From assembly GCA_913055925.1 (NCBI GenBank), contig CAJXLH010000001.1:1-35105 (forward strand): 35,105 nucleotides of DNA. Direction: 5' to 3'. This stretch comes from an uncultured Maritalea sp. (GTDB lineage Bacteria; Pseudomonadota; Alphaproteobacteria; Rhizobiales; Devosiaceae). The position numbers and the translations under genes were made by a program. Shown here piece after piece: positions 10,670-19,766 of this stretch. How positions within the stretch are numbered: the first letter of the stretch is position 1; every line of letters starts with the position of its first letter. The notes beneath the pieces were generated by a model. That model was not told the DNA's origin. It worked only from the letters and a program-made list of their open reading frames with translations, and did not search any database.

Positions 10670-11743
10670 ATGAAAAAACTCGTTATGGGTCTTGCCGGCG
10701 CCGCGACACTCGCGCTCGCTATGGCAGGCTCGGCGCAAGCCGCAGATAAAACCAAAGTGTGCTTTATGCATGTTGGCCCGATCACCGATGGTGGCTGGAC
10801 ACAAGCGCACCACCAAGGCATGGAAGAAATGGCCGCGCACTTTGGTGACAAGGTTGAAACTGCTTATGTTGAAAACGTGCCGGAAGGCCCACAAGCTACA
10901 GCTGTGATTGAGCGTTTGGCGCGTCAGAAATGTGCGCTTATCTTCACTACTAGCTTTGGCTTTATGGACCCAACTTTGGAAGTTGCAGCCAAGTTCCCAG
11001 ACGTGAAGTTTGAGCACGCAACTGGTTATAAAACGGCTGCCAACGTGACGAGCTACAACTCGCGTTTCTACGAAGGTCGTTACATTCTTGGTCAAATCGC
11101 GGCGAAAGTTTCTAAAACTGGCGTGGCGGGCTACATCGCGTCATTCCCAATTCCTGAAGTTGTGCAAGGCATCAACTCATTCGTATTGGGCGCCCAAACT
11201 GTAAACCCAGATTTCAAACTGAAAGTTGTTTGGGTAAACACATGGCACGATGCGGGTAAAGAAGCAGATGCTGCTAAAGTGTTGATCGACCAAGGCGTTG
11301 ATATTCTGACACAACATACTGACTCAACAGCGCCAATTCAGGTTGCTTCTGAGCGCGGTGTTTATGCATTTGGTCAAGCGCTCGATATGATCGAAGCTGG
11401 TCCAGAAACACAACTTACAGCGATCATTGATAGCTGGGGCGCATACTACACAAAACGTGTTCAAGCTGTAATGGACGGCACATGGGAATCTCAATCAACT
11501 TGGGACGGTTTGGTTGACGGCATTTTGACAATGGCGCCATACACAAACATGCCTGATGATGTGAAGGCTATGGCTGAAGCAACAGAAGCGGCAATCATTG
11601 CTGGCGAATTGCACCCGTTCACTGGCCCGATTAACAAGCAAGACGGCACACCTTGGTTGGCTGACGGCGAAGTGGCTGAAGATGGCCCATTGCTTGGCAT
11701 GAACTTCTACGTTGAAGGCGTGGACGATCAATTGCCACAATAA
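10670..11743 (+). CDS. BMP-family substrate-binding protein (purine/nucleoside)
   Basis: Signal peptide; VGPITDGGWTQAH, FTTSFGFMD, FEHATGYK, QHTDSTAP. Confidence 0.92.
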   Translation: MKKLVMGLAGAATLALAMAGSAQAADKTKVCFMHVGPITDGGWTQAHHQGMEEMAAHFGDKVETAYVENVPEGPQATAVIERLARQKCALIFTTSFGFMDPTLEVAAKFPDVKFEHATGYKTAANVTSYNSRFYEGRYILGQIAAKVSKTGVAGYIASFPIPEVVQGINSFVLGAQTVNPDFKLKVVWVNTWHDAGKEADAAKVLIDQGVDILTQHTDSTAPIQVASERGVYAFGQALDMIEAGPETQLTAIIDSWGAYYTKRVQAVMDGTWESQSTWDGLVDGILTMAPYTNMPDDVKAMAEATEAAIIAGELHPFTGPINKQDGTPWLADGEVAEDGPLLGMNFYVEGVDDQLPQ

Positions 11744-11765
11744 GGCAAACACCATCTCAAGAATT

Positions 11766-11794
11766 AAAGGGCGGCCTGCGGGTCGCCCTTTTTT
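11766..11794 (+). terminator. Intrinsic terminator of the ABC operon
   Basis: AAAGGGCGGCC-TGCG-GGTCGCCCTTT followed by further Ts. Confidence 0.85.
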
Positions 11795-11804
11795 GTCGAT
11801 TTCA

Positions 11805-11834
11805 TTGACACTATTTTTGATCATTTGGTAAAAA
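11805..11834 (+). promoter_or_regulatory. Putative sigma70 promoter of ade overlapped by a RutR-type operator (11817-11832)
   Basis: TTGACA at 11805-11810; TTGATCATTTGGTAAA covers the spacer and -10 region. Confidence 0.65.
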
Positions 11835-11871
11835 GCTGGAACGAATTTTCTTTTCCGATTAGACTTCGCAA

Positions 11872-13587
11872 ATGACGAATATTGATAAAGCCACACTGGT
11901 CCGCATGATTAAGGCGGGTGCCAATAAAGAACCCGCAGACATTGCTGTGAAAAACGTCCAACTTCTGGATGTGATGACCGGTGAAATCGCCACATCGGAT
12001 GTTGCGATTGTGGCAGATCGTATTGTGGGCACGCACTCTAGCTATGAAGGCAAAACCGAGATTGACGGTGCCGGGCGTTTTTGCGTACCGGGTTTTATCG
12101 ATACCCATTTGCACATTGAAAGTTCACTGGTCACCCCGCTTGAGTTTGATCGTTGCGTTTTACCTTATGGCGTCACCACCGCGATTTGCGATCCGCACGA
12201 AATCGCTAACGTGCTGGGCACCAAAGGCATCGAATATTTTCTCGCCTCGTCCGAACGCGCGGTGATGGACATCAAGATCAATCTCTCTTCTTGCGTACCG
12301 GCAACCGAGTTTGAAACTGCTGGCGCGAAGCTTTTGATCGAGGACCTACTCCCTTATCGCGACCATCCAGGCGTTATAGGCCTTGCCGAGTTCATGAATT
12401 TCCCAGGCGTATTAGCAACCTTGCCTGAGGTGATGGATAAACTTCACGCCTTCCAAGATGGTCATATTGACGGCCACGCACCGCTTCTGTCCGGCGATGA
12501 CCTAAACGGCTATCTCGCCGCTTCCATTCGCACAGATCATGAGGCGACAAGCGCAGCAGAAGCCCGCGAGAAGCTCAAAAAGGGCATGGCAATTTTGATC
12601 CGCGAAGGTTCGGTTTCAAAAGACCTGAACGCACTTGCGGAGGTGCTGGATGAAAACACCTCCAGTTTCATGGCGCTTTGCACCGACGACCGCAATCCGC
12701 TTGATATCAACGAAGAGGGGCACCTCGACAGTCTCATTCGTCGTTTGATCGCAAAGGGCTGCCCGACCCACCACGTCTACCGCGCGGCGAGCACGTCCGC
12801 GGCTCGGATATTTGGTTTAAAAGATCGCGGCATGGTCGCCCCTGGGTGGAAGGCAGACTTTGCGCTGCTCGACAGTCTTGAGGAATGTCGCGTTTCTGAC
12901 GTAGTTATGTCCGGACAATTGGTCACGGACGGGCTGTTTGAGAAACGTGAAAGCGTTGCGCCGGTTGGTCTAACTTCGGTGAAGGCAAAGCCGCAAACAC
13001 AAGAGAGCTTCAAAGTCCCAGTGAAACCGGGCCGCAACCTCACCCCAATGATGGGGGTGAAACCGGGGCTCATTCTCACCTTCCGCGAAGAAGGCACATT
13101 GCCCGTCGAAAATGGCTTTTTGCAACCTGATATCGCGCAGGACGCCGTCCAGGTATCCGTCGTCGAACGCCACGGCATCAACGGCAATATTGGGCATGGT
13201 TTTGTGAAAGGCTTTGGCCTTCAACGCGGCGCGATTGGTTCCTCAGTTGGGCATGACAGTCACAACATCACCGTAATTGGTGCCTCCCACGAAGACATGG
13301 CCGTCGCCACCAACCGCATCATCGAGATGCAAGGCGGGTTTGTCGTCGCCGACCAAGGTAAAGTCATCGCCGAGTTGGCGCTGCCAATCGCTGGACTAAT
13401 GAGCGAGTTACCGTTCGAAGAGGTGGCAACAAAACTTGAAGTCCTTCGCGACGCCGCACACGAACTTGGCTGCGTCTTGCCCGAACCATTCTTGCAAGTC
13501 GCGTTCCTTGCTCTCCCCGTCATCCCGCATTTGAAAATGACAGACCGTGGGCTGTTCGATGTAGATGTGTTTGATTTTGTGGATTAG
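11872..13587 (+). CDS. ade: Adenine deaminase (AdeC type)
   Basis: PGFIDTHLHIESS, DPHEIANV, LAEFMNFPGV, DGHAP, TDHE, CTDD, SSVGHDSHN. Confidence 0.95.
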   Translation: MTNIDKATLVRMIKAGANKEPADIAVKNVQLLDVMTGEIATSDVAIVADRIVGTHSSYEGKTEIDGAGRFCVPGFIDTHLHIESSLVTPLEFDRCVLPYGVTTAICDPHEIANVLGTKGIEYFLASSERAVMDIKINLSSCVPATEFETAGAKLLIEDLLPYRDHPGVIGLAEFMNFPGVLATLPEVMDKLHAFQDGHIDGHAPLLSGDDLNGYLAASIRTDHEATSAAEAREKLKKGMAILIREGSVSKDLNALAEVLDENTSSFMALCTDDRNPLDINEEGHLDSLIRRLIAKGCPTHHVYRAASTSAARIFGLKDRGMVAPGWKADFALLDSLEECRVSDVVMSGQLVTDGLFEKRESVAPVGLTSVKAKPQTQESFKVPVKPGRNLTPMMGVKPGLILTFREEGTLPVENGFLQPDIAQDAVQVSVVERHGINGNIGHGFVKGFGLQRGAIGSSVGHDSHNITVIGASHEDMAVATNRIIEMQGGFVVADQGKVIAELALPIAGLMSELPFEEVATKLEVLRDAAHELGCVLPEPFLQVAFLALPVIPHLKMTDRGLFDVDVFDFVD

Positions 13588-13612
13588 GCTTCTTTGCGCC
13601 GGCATTTTACGT

Positions 13613-13660
13613 TTCGGCCGTCATTCGCTTCGCTCATTACCCCCGAACCCCCGCCAATTG
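13613..13660 (-). repeat. REP-like hairpin element, same family as the copies at 31651 and 31702
   Basis: TTCGG-CCGTC-ATTCGCTTCGCTCAT-TACCC-CCGAA-CCCCCGCCAATTG, between the convergent ade and NUDIX genes. Confidence 0.7.
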
Positions 13661-13675
13661 TGACCAGACGCTAGC

Positions 13676-14089
13676 TCATTGGCGGGTAAAACGGCAAAGG
13701 GGAACAAGAAATTCAAATGCCTCGTGGAACATAGGATGCCACTCTTGGTCCGGCGCGCGATCAATCGGATGCCAAAAGAATGAAAATTCATGACCGAAAT
13801 CGTCTTCGGTTTTATGCGTCCATTGTTCTGGCAAACCTGCTGTTTCACAGATGAAGAACATCCAGCGGTCGCCGGTTACTGTTGAAATATGTTCGCCAAT
13901 CAACCGAGGCGGATCACGAACGATGATGCCGCTTTCCTCGCGCAGTTCGCGGGCGGCTGCAGCAACTGGATCTTCATCAAGTTCAATTGTGCCTTTGACA
14001 AACTGCTTGCCCGCTTGCGGATGCTGAAAAGCCAACACTTCAATTGCGCCGTCTTTTTCGCGCAAAACGATTGGCCAGGCCTTTTCCAT
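13676..14089 (-). CDS. NUDIX hydrolase
   Basis: Nudix box GTIELDEDPVAAAARELREESG; start overlaps the guaD stop. Confidence 0.88.
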   Translation of the reverse strand: MEKAWPIVLREKDGAIEVLAFQHPQAGKQFVKGTIELDEDPVAAAARELREESGIIVRDPPRLIGEHISTVTGDRWMFFICETAGLPEQWTHKTEDDFGHEFSFFWHPIDRAPDQEWHPMFHEAFEFLVPLCRFTRQ

Positions 14090-15396
14090 TATAGCGCCGC
14101 TTTCAGCGCCTCGCCCGCCACATAGGTCTCGACAATCGCGCGATCATCGCCTGCTGTTTGTAGCAAAAACAGTTCTTCTTCAAGCGTGGTGACGGTTTCC
14201 ATGCGCACCTGCATTGCCTTGGTGGCGTTTGCGTTGAGCACCACCACATCCGCGTCGGTGCCGACATCCAGCGTGCCGATTTTTGCCTCTAGCGACAGCG
14301 CTCGGGCATTGCCGAGAGTTATTTGATAAAAACTTGTAAGCGGGTTCATGCGCTGCCCTTGCAGATTGAGGATTTTATACCCCTCATCAAGCGTTCTGAG
14401 CATTGAATAGTTGGTGCCGCCGCCCACATCTGTTGCGATGGCGATCCGACCCTTGCCATCTGGCCCCGCGACCCGCGCCCGATCGAAAAGCCCCGAACCG
14501 ATAAAGAGGTTAGATGTGGGGCAAAACACAGCCACTGACCCCGTTTCGATCATCGCGTCCCGCTCGCGATCTTCAAGGTGAATGCAGTGCCCAAAGAGTG
14601 ACTTCTCGCCGGTCAAACCATAATGCTGATAAATATCGAAATAGTCTTTCCGCTCGGGATAAAGCGACTTTGTAAATTCGATTTCCGCGTGGTTTTCGCT
14701 CAAATGGGTTTGCACATGCAGATGAGAGAACTCGCGCGCTAAGGCGCCAGCCATTTCCAATTGCTCGGGTGTCGAGGTGATCGCAAAGCGCGGGGTGATC
14801 GCATAGTGGTTGCGTCCTTTTCCGTGCCATTTTTCGATAAGTGCTTTGCTGTCATCATAGCTTGATTGCGGCGTGTCGGTGAGTGCTTGTGGCGCTTCGC
14901 GATCCATCATCACCTTGCCGCCCAACATCAGCATGTTGCGCTTCAAGGCTTCCTCAAAATAGGCATCAACCGATTGCGGATGCACAGAGCAATAAGCAAC
15001 CGCCGTTGTTGTGCCGTGGCGCAACATTTCATCGTAGAAATAGCCCGCAATTTTTTGCGCGTGCGCCGCGTCGCCAAATCGCTGTTCTTCGATAAATGTG
15101 TAGGTGTTCAACCACTCCAATAACGACCCTGCATAGGAGCCTAGCACCTGCATTTGCGGGAAGTGGATATGCATATCGATAAAGCCCGCCATAATGATAT
15201 GCGGGCGATGGTCGATCACCTCCACATCGTCATAGGCTTTGGCCTTTATCTCATCAAAAACACCACGCGCGATAATTTTGCCGCCTTCGACAAGCAGCGC
15301 ACCATCTTCGATAAAACTATAGCATTGATGGTCATCGCGCGCCTTTGGCGCATCGTTGAAACTCAAGATGCGGCCACGCAAAATCTTCGCTGACAT
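14089..15396 (-). CDS. guaD: Guanine deaminase
   Basis: GFIDMHIHFPQ, LLEWLNTYTF, YAITPRFA, QTHLSEN, FCPTSNLFIGSG, TDVGGGT. Confidence 0.95.
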   Translation of the reverse strand: MSAKILRGRILSFNDAPKARDDHQCYSFIEDGALLVEGGKIIARGVFDEIKAKAYDDVEVIDHRPHIIMAGFIDMHIHFPQMQVLGSYAGSLLEWLNTYTFIEEQRFGDAAHAQKIAGYFYDEMLRHGTTTAVAYCSVHPQSVDAYFEEALKRNMLMLGGKVMMDREAPQALTDTPQSSYDDSKALIEKWHGKGRNHYAITPRFAITSTPEQLEMAGALAREFSHLHVQTHLSENHAEIEFTKSLYPERKDYFDIYQHYGLTGEKSLFGHCIHLEDRERDAMIETGSVAVFCPTSNLFIGSGLFDRARVAGPDGKGRIAIATDVGGGTNYSMLRTLDEGYKILNLQGQRMNPLTSFYQITLGNARALSLEAKIGTLDVGTDADVVVLNANATKAMQVRMETVTTLEEELFLLQTAGDDRAIVETYVAGEALKAAL

Positions 15397-15401
15397 GACG
15401 C

Positions 15402-16628
15402 TTACCCCTTTGTGGCGTCGTGGTACCAGTTAACCAACAACTGACGCTCTTCAGGCGTCATGAAGGTCACATTGCCCGGTGGCATAGCGTGGCTGCGCCC
15501 CGCTTGCAAATAGATCTCTCGCGCATAGCTGGCGATGGCCACGTCATTGTCGAGTATGACGTCTTTGGGCGCTTGGTACAGTCCCTCATAAACTGGTTCT
15601 TCAGTATGACACATGGAACATCGCCCCAATATCGTGTTACGCGCCTCTTCAAAATGCGAGGAGGCAATCATCATCTGCGCTTTATTAGCGGCAACGCTGT
15701 CCTCGGCAATGCCAGCAATCTTTGGATTGGTTGAAATCCACATGATGAGGATAAACAACACCGCAGATAGGAACCACGGCCAAAGCAGCTCTTCGCCTTT
15801 CAGATTCTTGGTGTTGAAATAATGACGAATGAGCACACCGATCAAAAACACCATCGACGCAATCACCCAGTTGTACTCCGTGGCGAATGCCAACGGGTAG
15901 TGGTTTGATAGCATCAAAAAGAGTACCGGAAGGGTGAGATAGTTGTTGTGCACCGAACGTTGCTTGGACTGTTTGCCAAGCGCTGGGTCCGGCGATTTTC
16001 CAGCCTTTAGGTCAGCAACAATAATCTTTTGGTTCGGGATAATGATGAAAAACACATTGGCCGACATGATCGTCGCGGTGAACGCGCCCAAATGCAACAG
16101 TGCCGCACGGCCTGTGAAGATTTGCGTGTAACCCCATGACATAGCCACCAAGACGACAAATAGAATGATCATCAACCCGGTGTCGGACTTCCCAAGCGGC
16201 GACTTGCAAAGTTGGTCATAGACGATCCAGCCAAGTACCAATGAGGCAACTGAAAGGAGAATCGCTACAGGCTGGGATACGTCCAAAACGTTCCGATCGA
16301 TCAGATACAGGTCCGCACCCACATAATAAACAATCGCCAGCATCGCAAAGCCGGTGAGCCAAGTGGAATAGGCTTCCCATTTGAACCAAATGAGATGTTC
16401 CGGCATATGGTTCGGCGCGACCATATATTTTTGGATGTGGTAGAAACCACCGCCATGCACCTGCCACTCTTCGCCTTGAACGCCTTTTGGCAGCTTATCG
16501 TTTTTGCGCAAACCAAGATCGAGCGCGATGAAATAAAAGCTCGAACCGATCCAGGCGATGCCTGCCACAACGTGCAGCCACCGCACGCCAAAACTCAGCC
16601 ATTCGAACATAATTGCATGATCAGGCAT
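15402..16628 (-). CDS. puuD: Membrane urate hydroxylase PuuD (8-TM domain plus cytochrome c)
   Basis: RWLHVVAGIAWIGSSFYF, WQVHGGGFY, WFKWEAY, KQRSVHNNYLTLPV, C-terminal CSMCH and MPPGN; ATG at 16628. Confidence 0.93.
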   Translation of the reverse strand: MPDHAIMFEWLSFGVRWLHVVAGIAWIGSSFYFIALDLGLRKNDKLPKGVQGEEWQVHGGGFYHIQKYMVAPNHMPEHLIWFKWEAYSTWLTGFAMLAIVYYVGADLYLIDRNVLDVSQPVAILLSVASLVLGWIVYDQLCKSPLGKSDTGLMIILFVVLVAMSWGYTQIFTGRAALLHLGAFTATIMSANVFFIIIPNQKIIVADLKAGKSPDPALGKQSKQRSVHNNYLTLPVLFLMLSNHYPLAFATEYNWVIASMVFLIGVLIRHYFNTKNLKGEELLWPWFLSAVLFILIMWISTNPKIAGIAEDSVAANKAQMMIASSHFEEARNTILGRCSMCHTEEPVYEGLYQAPKDVILDNDVAIASYAREIYLQAGRSHAMPPGNVTFMTPEERQLLVNWYHDATKG

Positions 16629-17454
16629 GTGCTTCCCCCCACACTTCCTTTTTGTCGTTTTGTCGCGCATCCAAAGCCCAGATGATTTCGGCTGCAACCA
16701 GCGCCGCGATCACTTCAGGGCGTTTGTCTTTCACTTGCGCTCCGCCAATTGGGCAGATCAGATTATCGATAGAAGTTTCGACAGGTTCGTTCTCACGCAA
16801 CCAGTTTTTGAAAACGGCGCGTTTGGTTTTTGAACCAATCATGCCGACATAGGCCAAGTCGTTGCGCTGCAATGCTTCGCCCGCGATCAGAAAATCAAGC
16901 GCATGGTCGTGGGTTAGGATCACAACCGCGCTGCCGGGCTTTGCGGTACGCACATCACGTTCTGGCAAAATAGAGTGCCGCGTATGTACGCCTTCCAAAT
17001 GAGGCAATTCGTTCGCGCGTTGATCAATCAAAATCGGGTCGACTGGGAGCAGGGACAGTGCATTTGCCAAGGCCTTACCCACATGGCCCGCGCCAAAAAT
17101 CAACACATCAGGCTGCACAGCGAGTTCATTTTGAAGACGGTGGAATATGGGTTCCGTTTTTCTGATGGCATTTAGTTTAATCTTCACGTGCCCGCCGCAG
17201 CACTGGCCGATTTCGGGTCCCAACGGCACATCATGCTCAAGCTGATCCACGCCATTGCGCAGCATCCGCCGCGCTTCATCAATCATCAGATATTCGAGCT
17301 GGCCGCCACCAATTGTGCCGAGCATCGCGTTTTCACTCACCAACATCCAAGCGCCCACGTCGCGCGGGGACGAACCTTGAACCGTGACAATGCGCACCTC
17401 GATGGCGCGTTCCTTCGACAAGAATTTTTCGAGCTGGTCAAGCGAAACGGGCAT
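16621..17454 (-). CDS. xdhC: Xanthine dehydrogenase accessory protein XdhC
   Basis: GSSPRD, GTIGGGQLE, LGPEIGQCCGG, FGAGHVG, THDHALD, GMIGSKTK. Confidence 0.94.
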   Translation of the reverse strand: MPVSLDQLEKFLSKERAIEVRIVTVQGSSPRDVGAWMLVSENAMLGTIGGGQLEYLMIDEARRMLRNGVDQLEHDVPLGPEIGQCCGGHVKIKLNAIRKTEPIFHRLQNELAVQPDVLIFGAGHVGKALANALSLLPVDPILIDQRANELPHLEGVHTRHSILPERDVRTAKPGSAVVILTHDHALDFLIAGEALQRNDLAYVGMIGSKTKRAVFKNWLRENEPVETSIDNLICPIGGAQVKDKRPEVIAALVAAEIIWALDARQNDKKEVWGEAHA

Positions 17455-17456
17455 GG

Positions 17457-19766
17457 CTATGCCCCTTTGAGCCGCTTGATGGCCATCAGCACACATTCTG
17501 GTGTCGCGGGCGCATCTAGGCGCGGGCAGATTTTGTAATCCGCAACAGAAGCCACCGCCATCGACAGCGCTTCGAGCACCGAAATCGCCAACATAAATGG
17601 CGGCTCGCCAACCGCTTTTGAGCGGTGGATAGTCCGAGCTTTGTTTTCCGACCAGTTCACCAAACTGACGTTGAATTGGCGCGGGCGGTCTGACGCAACT
17701 GGAATTTTATAAGTGGATGGGGCGTGAGTTTTCAGCTGCCCGTCTTTTGACCACCAAAGCTCTTCGGTTGTCAGCCAGCCCATGCCTTGTACAAATGCGC
17801 CTTCAACCTGTCCCTTGTCGATCGCTTCATTGATCGAGCGTCCTACATCGTGGAGCACGTCCACGCGGTCAACGAAATATTCGCCAGTAAGCGTATCGAT
17901 CACCACTTCCGACACCGCGGCGCCATAGGCGAAATAGTAGAACGGCTTGCCCTTGCCTTGGTCACGATCCCAGTGAATTTCAGGCGTTTTATAAAAACCT
18001 GTGGCCGACAGCTGAACCCGGTTCATATAGGCTTCAGCCACCACATCACGGAACGCAAAGGCTTCAGACCCGACAAGGATTTGATTGTTTTCAAATGCAA
18101 TTTCGCTTGGATCAACATCATGCTTTTCAGCCAAGAACGCAACCAAACGTGCCTTGATCTTTTGAGCGGCATTGGCCGCTGCCATACCGTTCAAATCCGT
18201 CCCGGATGATGCGGCCGTCGCGGAAGTGTTCGGCACTTTGTCGGTGCGCGTTGCTGTGACTTTGACCTGGTCAATATCGACCTGGAACTCTTCGGCAACG
18301 ACTTGCGCAACCTTGGTGTAAAGCCCCTGCCCCATCTCAGTGCCGCCGTGATTGAGCTGGATCGATCCATCATTATAGACATGGATCAATGCTCCCGCTT
18401 GATTATACCAAGTGGCCGTGAAAGAGATGCCAAATTTTACCGGCGTCAGCGCAATGCCGCGTTTTAAGATCCGGTTGGATTTATTGAACTCGAGAACCGC
18501 CTCGCGTCGCTCTTGATAGTCGGCAGTCTCTTCAAGCTCTTCGATGATTTTCTCGATGATGCAATCATCAACTTCTTGGTGGTATGGCGTCAGGTTCTCG
18601 CCCTTACCGCCATAAAAGTTGGCTTTGCGCACCTCAAGCGGATCCTTGCCAAGCGCATAGGCGATTTCCTCGATCACGCGCTCTCCACCCAACATGCCTT
18701 GCGGGCCACCAAAGCCGCGAAATGCGGTGTTGGACACCGTATTTGTTTTCAGCGGTTTTGACCGCAATTCAACGTCGGGGATGAAGTAGCAGTTATCCGC
18801 GTGGAAAAGCGCGCGGTCGGTCACAGGGCCGGAAAGATCAGCAGAAAAGCCGCACCGCGCGGCAAAATCAGCATCGAGCGCCAAGAGCTTGCCGGTTTCA
18901 TCAAACCCGACATCGTAGTTCACAAGGAAATCATGGCGCTTTCCCGTTGCCACCATATCGTCGTCACGATCTGGTCGGATCTTCACAGCGCGATTGTGCT
19001 TTTTCGCGGCTAACGCCGCCACGGCTGCAAAAAGGCTGCCTTGGGTTTCTTTGCCGCCAAACCCGCCGCCCATTCGCCGAACATTGACGGTGACAGCGTG
19101 CGCGGCAACACCCAAAACATGGGCGACCATATGTTGAATTTCAGTGGGGTGTTGCGTTGATGAAAATACGGTGACTTCGTCATCTTCACCGGGGATCGCC
19201 ATGGCGATATGCCCTTCAAGATAGAAGTGGTCTTGTCCGCCAATACTCATCTCGCCCTGAAGGCGCATCGGCGCTTGGTCGAGCGCCGGTTTTGGGTCAC
19301 CGCGTTTTAACCGCAAGGGCTTGGTCACCAATTCAGCGTCGCCATCAAGGGCCGCCGCCGCGTCTAAAATGGGCGTTTCTTCGGCATAAGTCACCTTAGC
19401 CAGATGCGCAGCGCGGCGAGCTTTTTCTCTTGTTTCAGCAACAACAGCGAAAAGTGGCTGCCCCCAAAATTCAACACGATCGGTGGCAAATATGGGATCA
19501 TCATGAAGCCCTGTTGGGCTCACATCATTTTCGCCCGGAATACCCTTGGCGGTGAGCACATCGACAACACCGTCAGCGGTGCGGACCGCATCCAGGTCGA
19601 TGCTTTTTATTACACCGCTGGCGCAGTTTGAAAGGCCAAGATAGGCGTGCAGGGTGCCGGAAGGTTCTGCCATATCATCAAGATAGGTCGCTTCGCCTGC
19701 CACATGTTTTGCAGCTGATTCATGAATAATCGACTGATGCGCGCCGCCTTTGATTTGTTCGCTCAT
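17457..19766 (-). CDS. xdhB: Xanthine dehydrogenase molybdopterin-binding subunit
   Basis: GGQDHFYLEG, RRMGGGFGGKETQ, AFRGFGGPQG, HGGTEMGQGL, SKAVGEPP. Confidence 0.96.
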   Translation of the reverse strand: MSEQIKGGAHQSIIHESAAKHVAGEATYLDDMAEPSGTLHAYLGLSNCASGVIKSIDLDAVRTADGVVDVLTAKGIPGENDVSPTGLHDDPIFATDRVEFWGQPLFAVVAETREKARRAAHLAKVTYAEETPILDAAAALDGDAELVTKPLRLKRGDPKPALDQAPMRLQGEMSIGGQDHFYLEGHIAMAIPGEDDEVTVFSSTQHPTEIQHMVAHVLGVAAHAVTVNVRRMGGGFGGKETQGSLFAAVAALAAKKHNRAVKIRPDRDDDMVATGKRHDFLVNYDVGFDETGKLLALDADFAARCGFSADLSGPVTDRALFHADNCYFIPDVELRSKPLKTNTVSNTAFRGFGGPQGMLGGERVIEEIAYALGKDPLEVRKANFYGGKGENLTPYHQEVDDCIIEKIIEELEETADYQERREAVLEFNKSNRILKRGIALTPVKFGISFTATWYNQAGALIHVYNDGSIQLNHGGTEMGQGLYTKVAQVVAEEFQVDIDQVKVTATRTDKVPNTSATAASSGTDLNGMAAANAAQKIKARLVAFLAEKHDVDPSEIAFENNQILVGSEAFAFRDVVAEAYMNRVQLSATGFYKTPEIHWDRDQGKGKPFYYFAYGAAVSEVVIDTLTGEYFVDRVDVLHDVGRSINEAIDKGQVEGAFVQGMGWLTTEELWWSKDGQLKTHAPSTYKIPVASDRPRQFNVSLVNWSENKARTIHRSKAVGEPPFMLAISVLEALSMAVASVADYKICPRLDAPATPECVLMAIKRLKGA

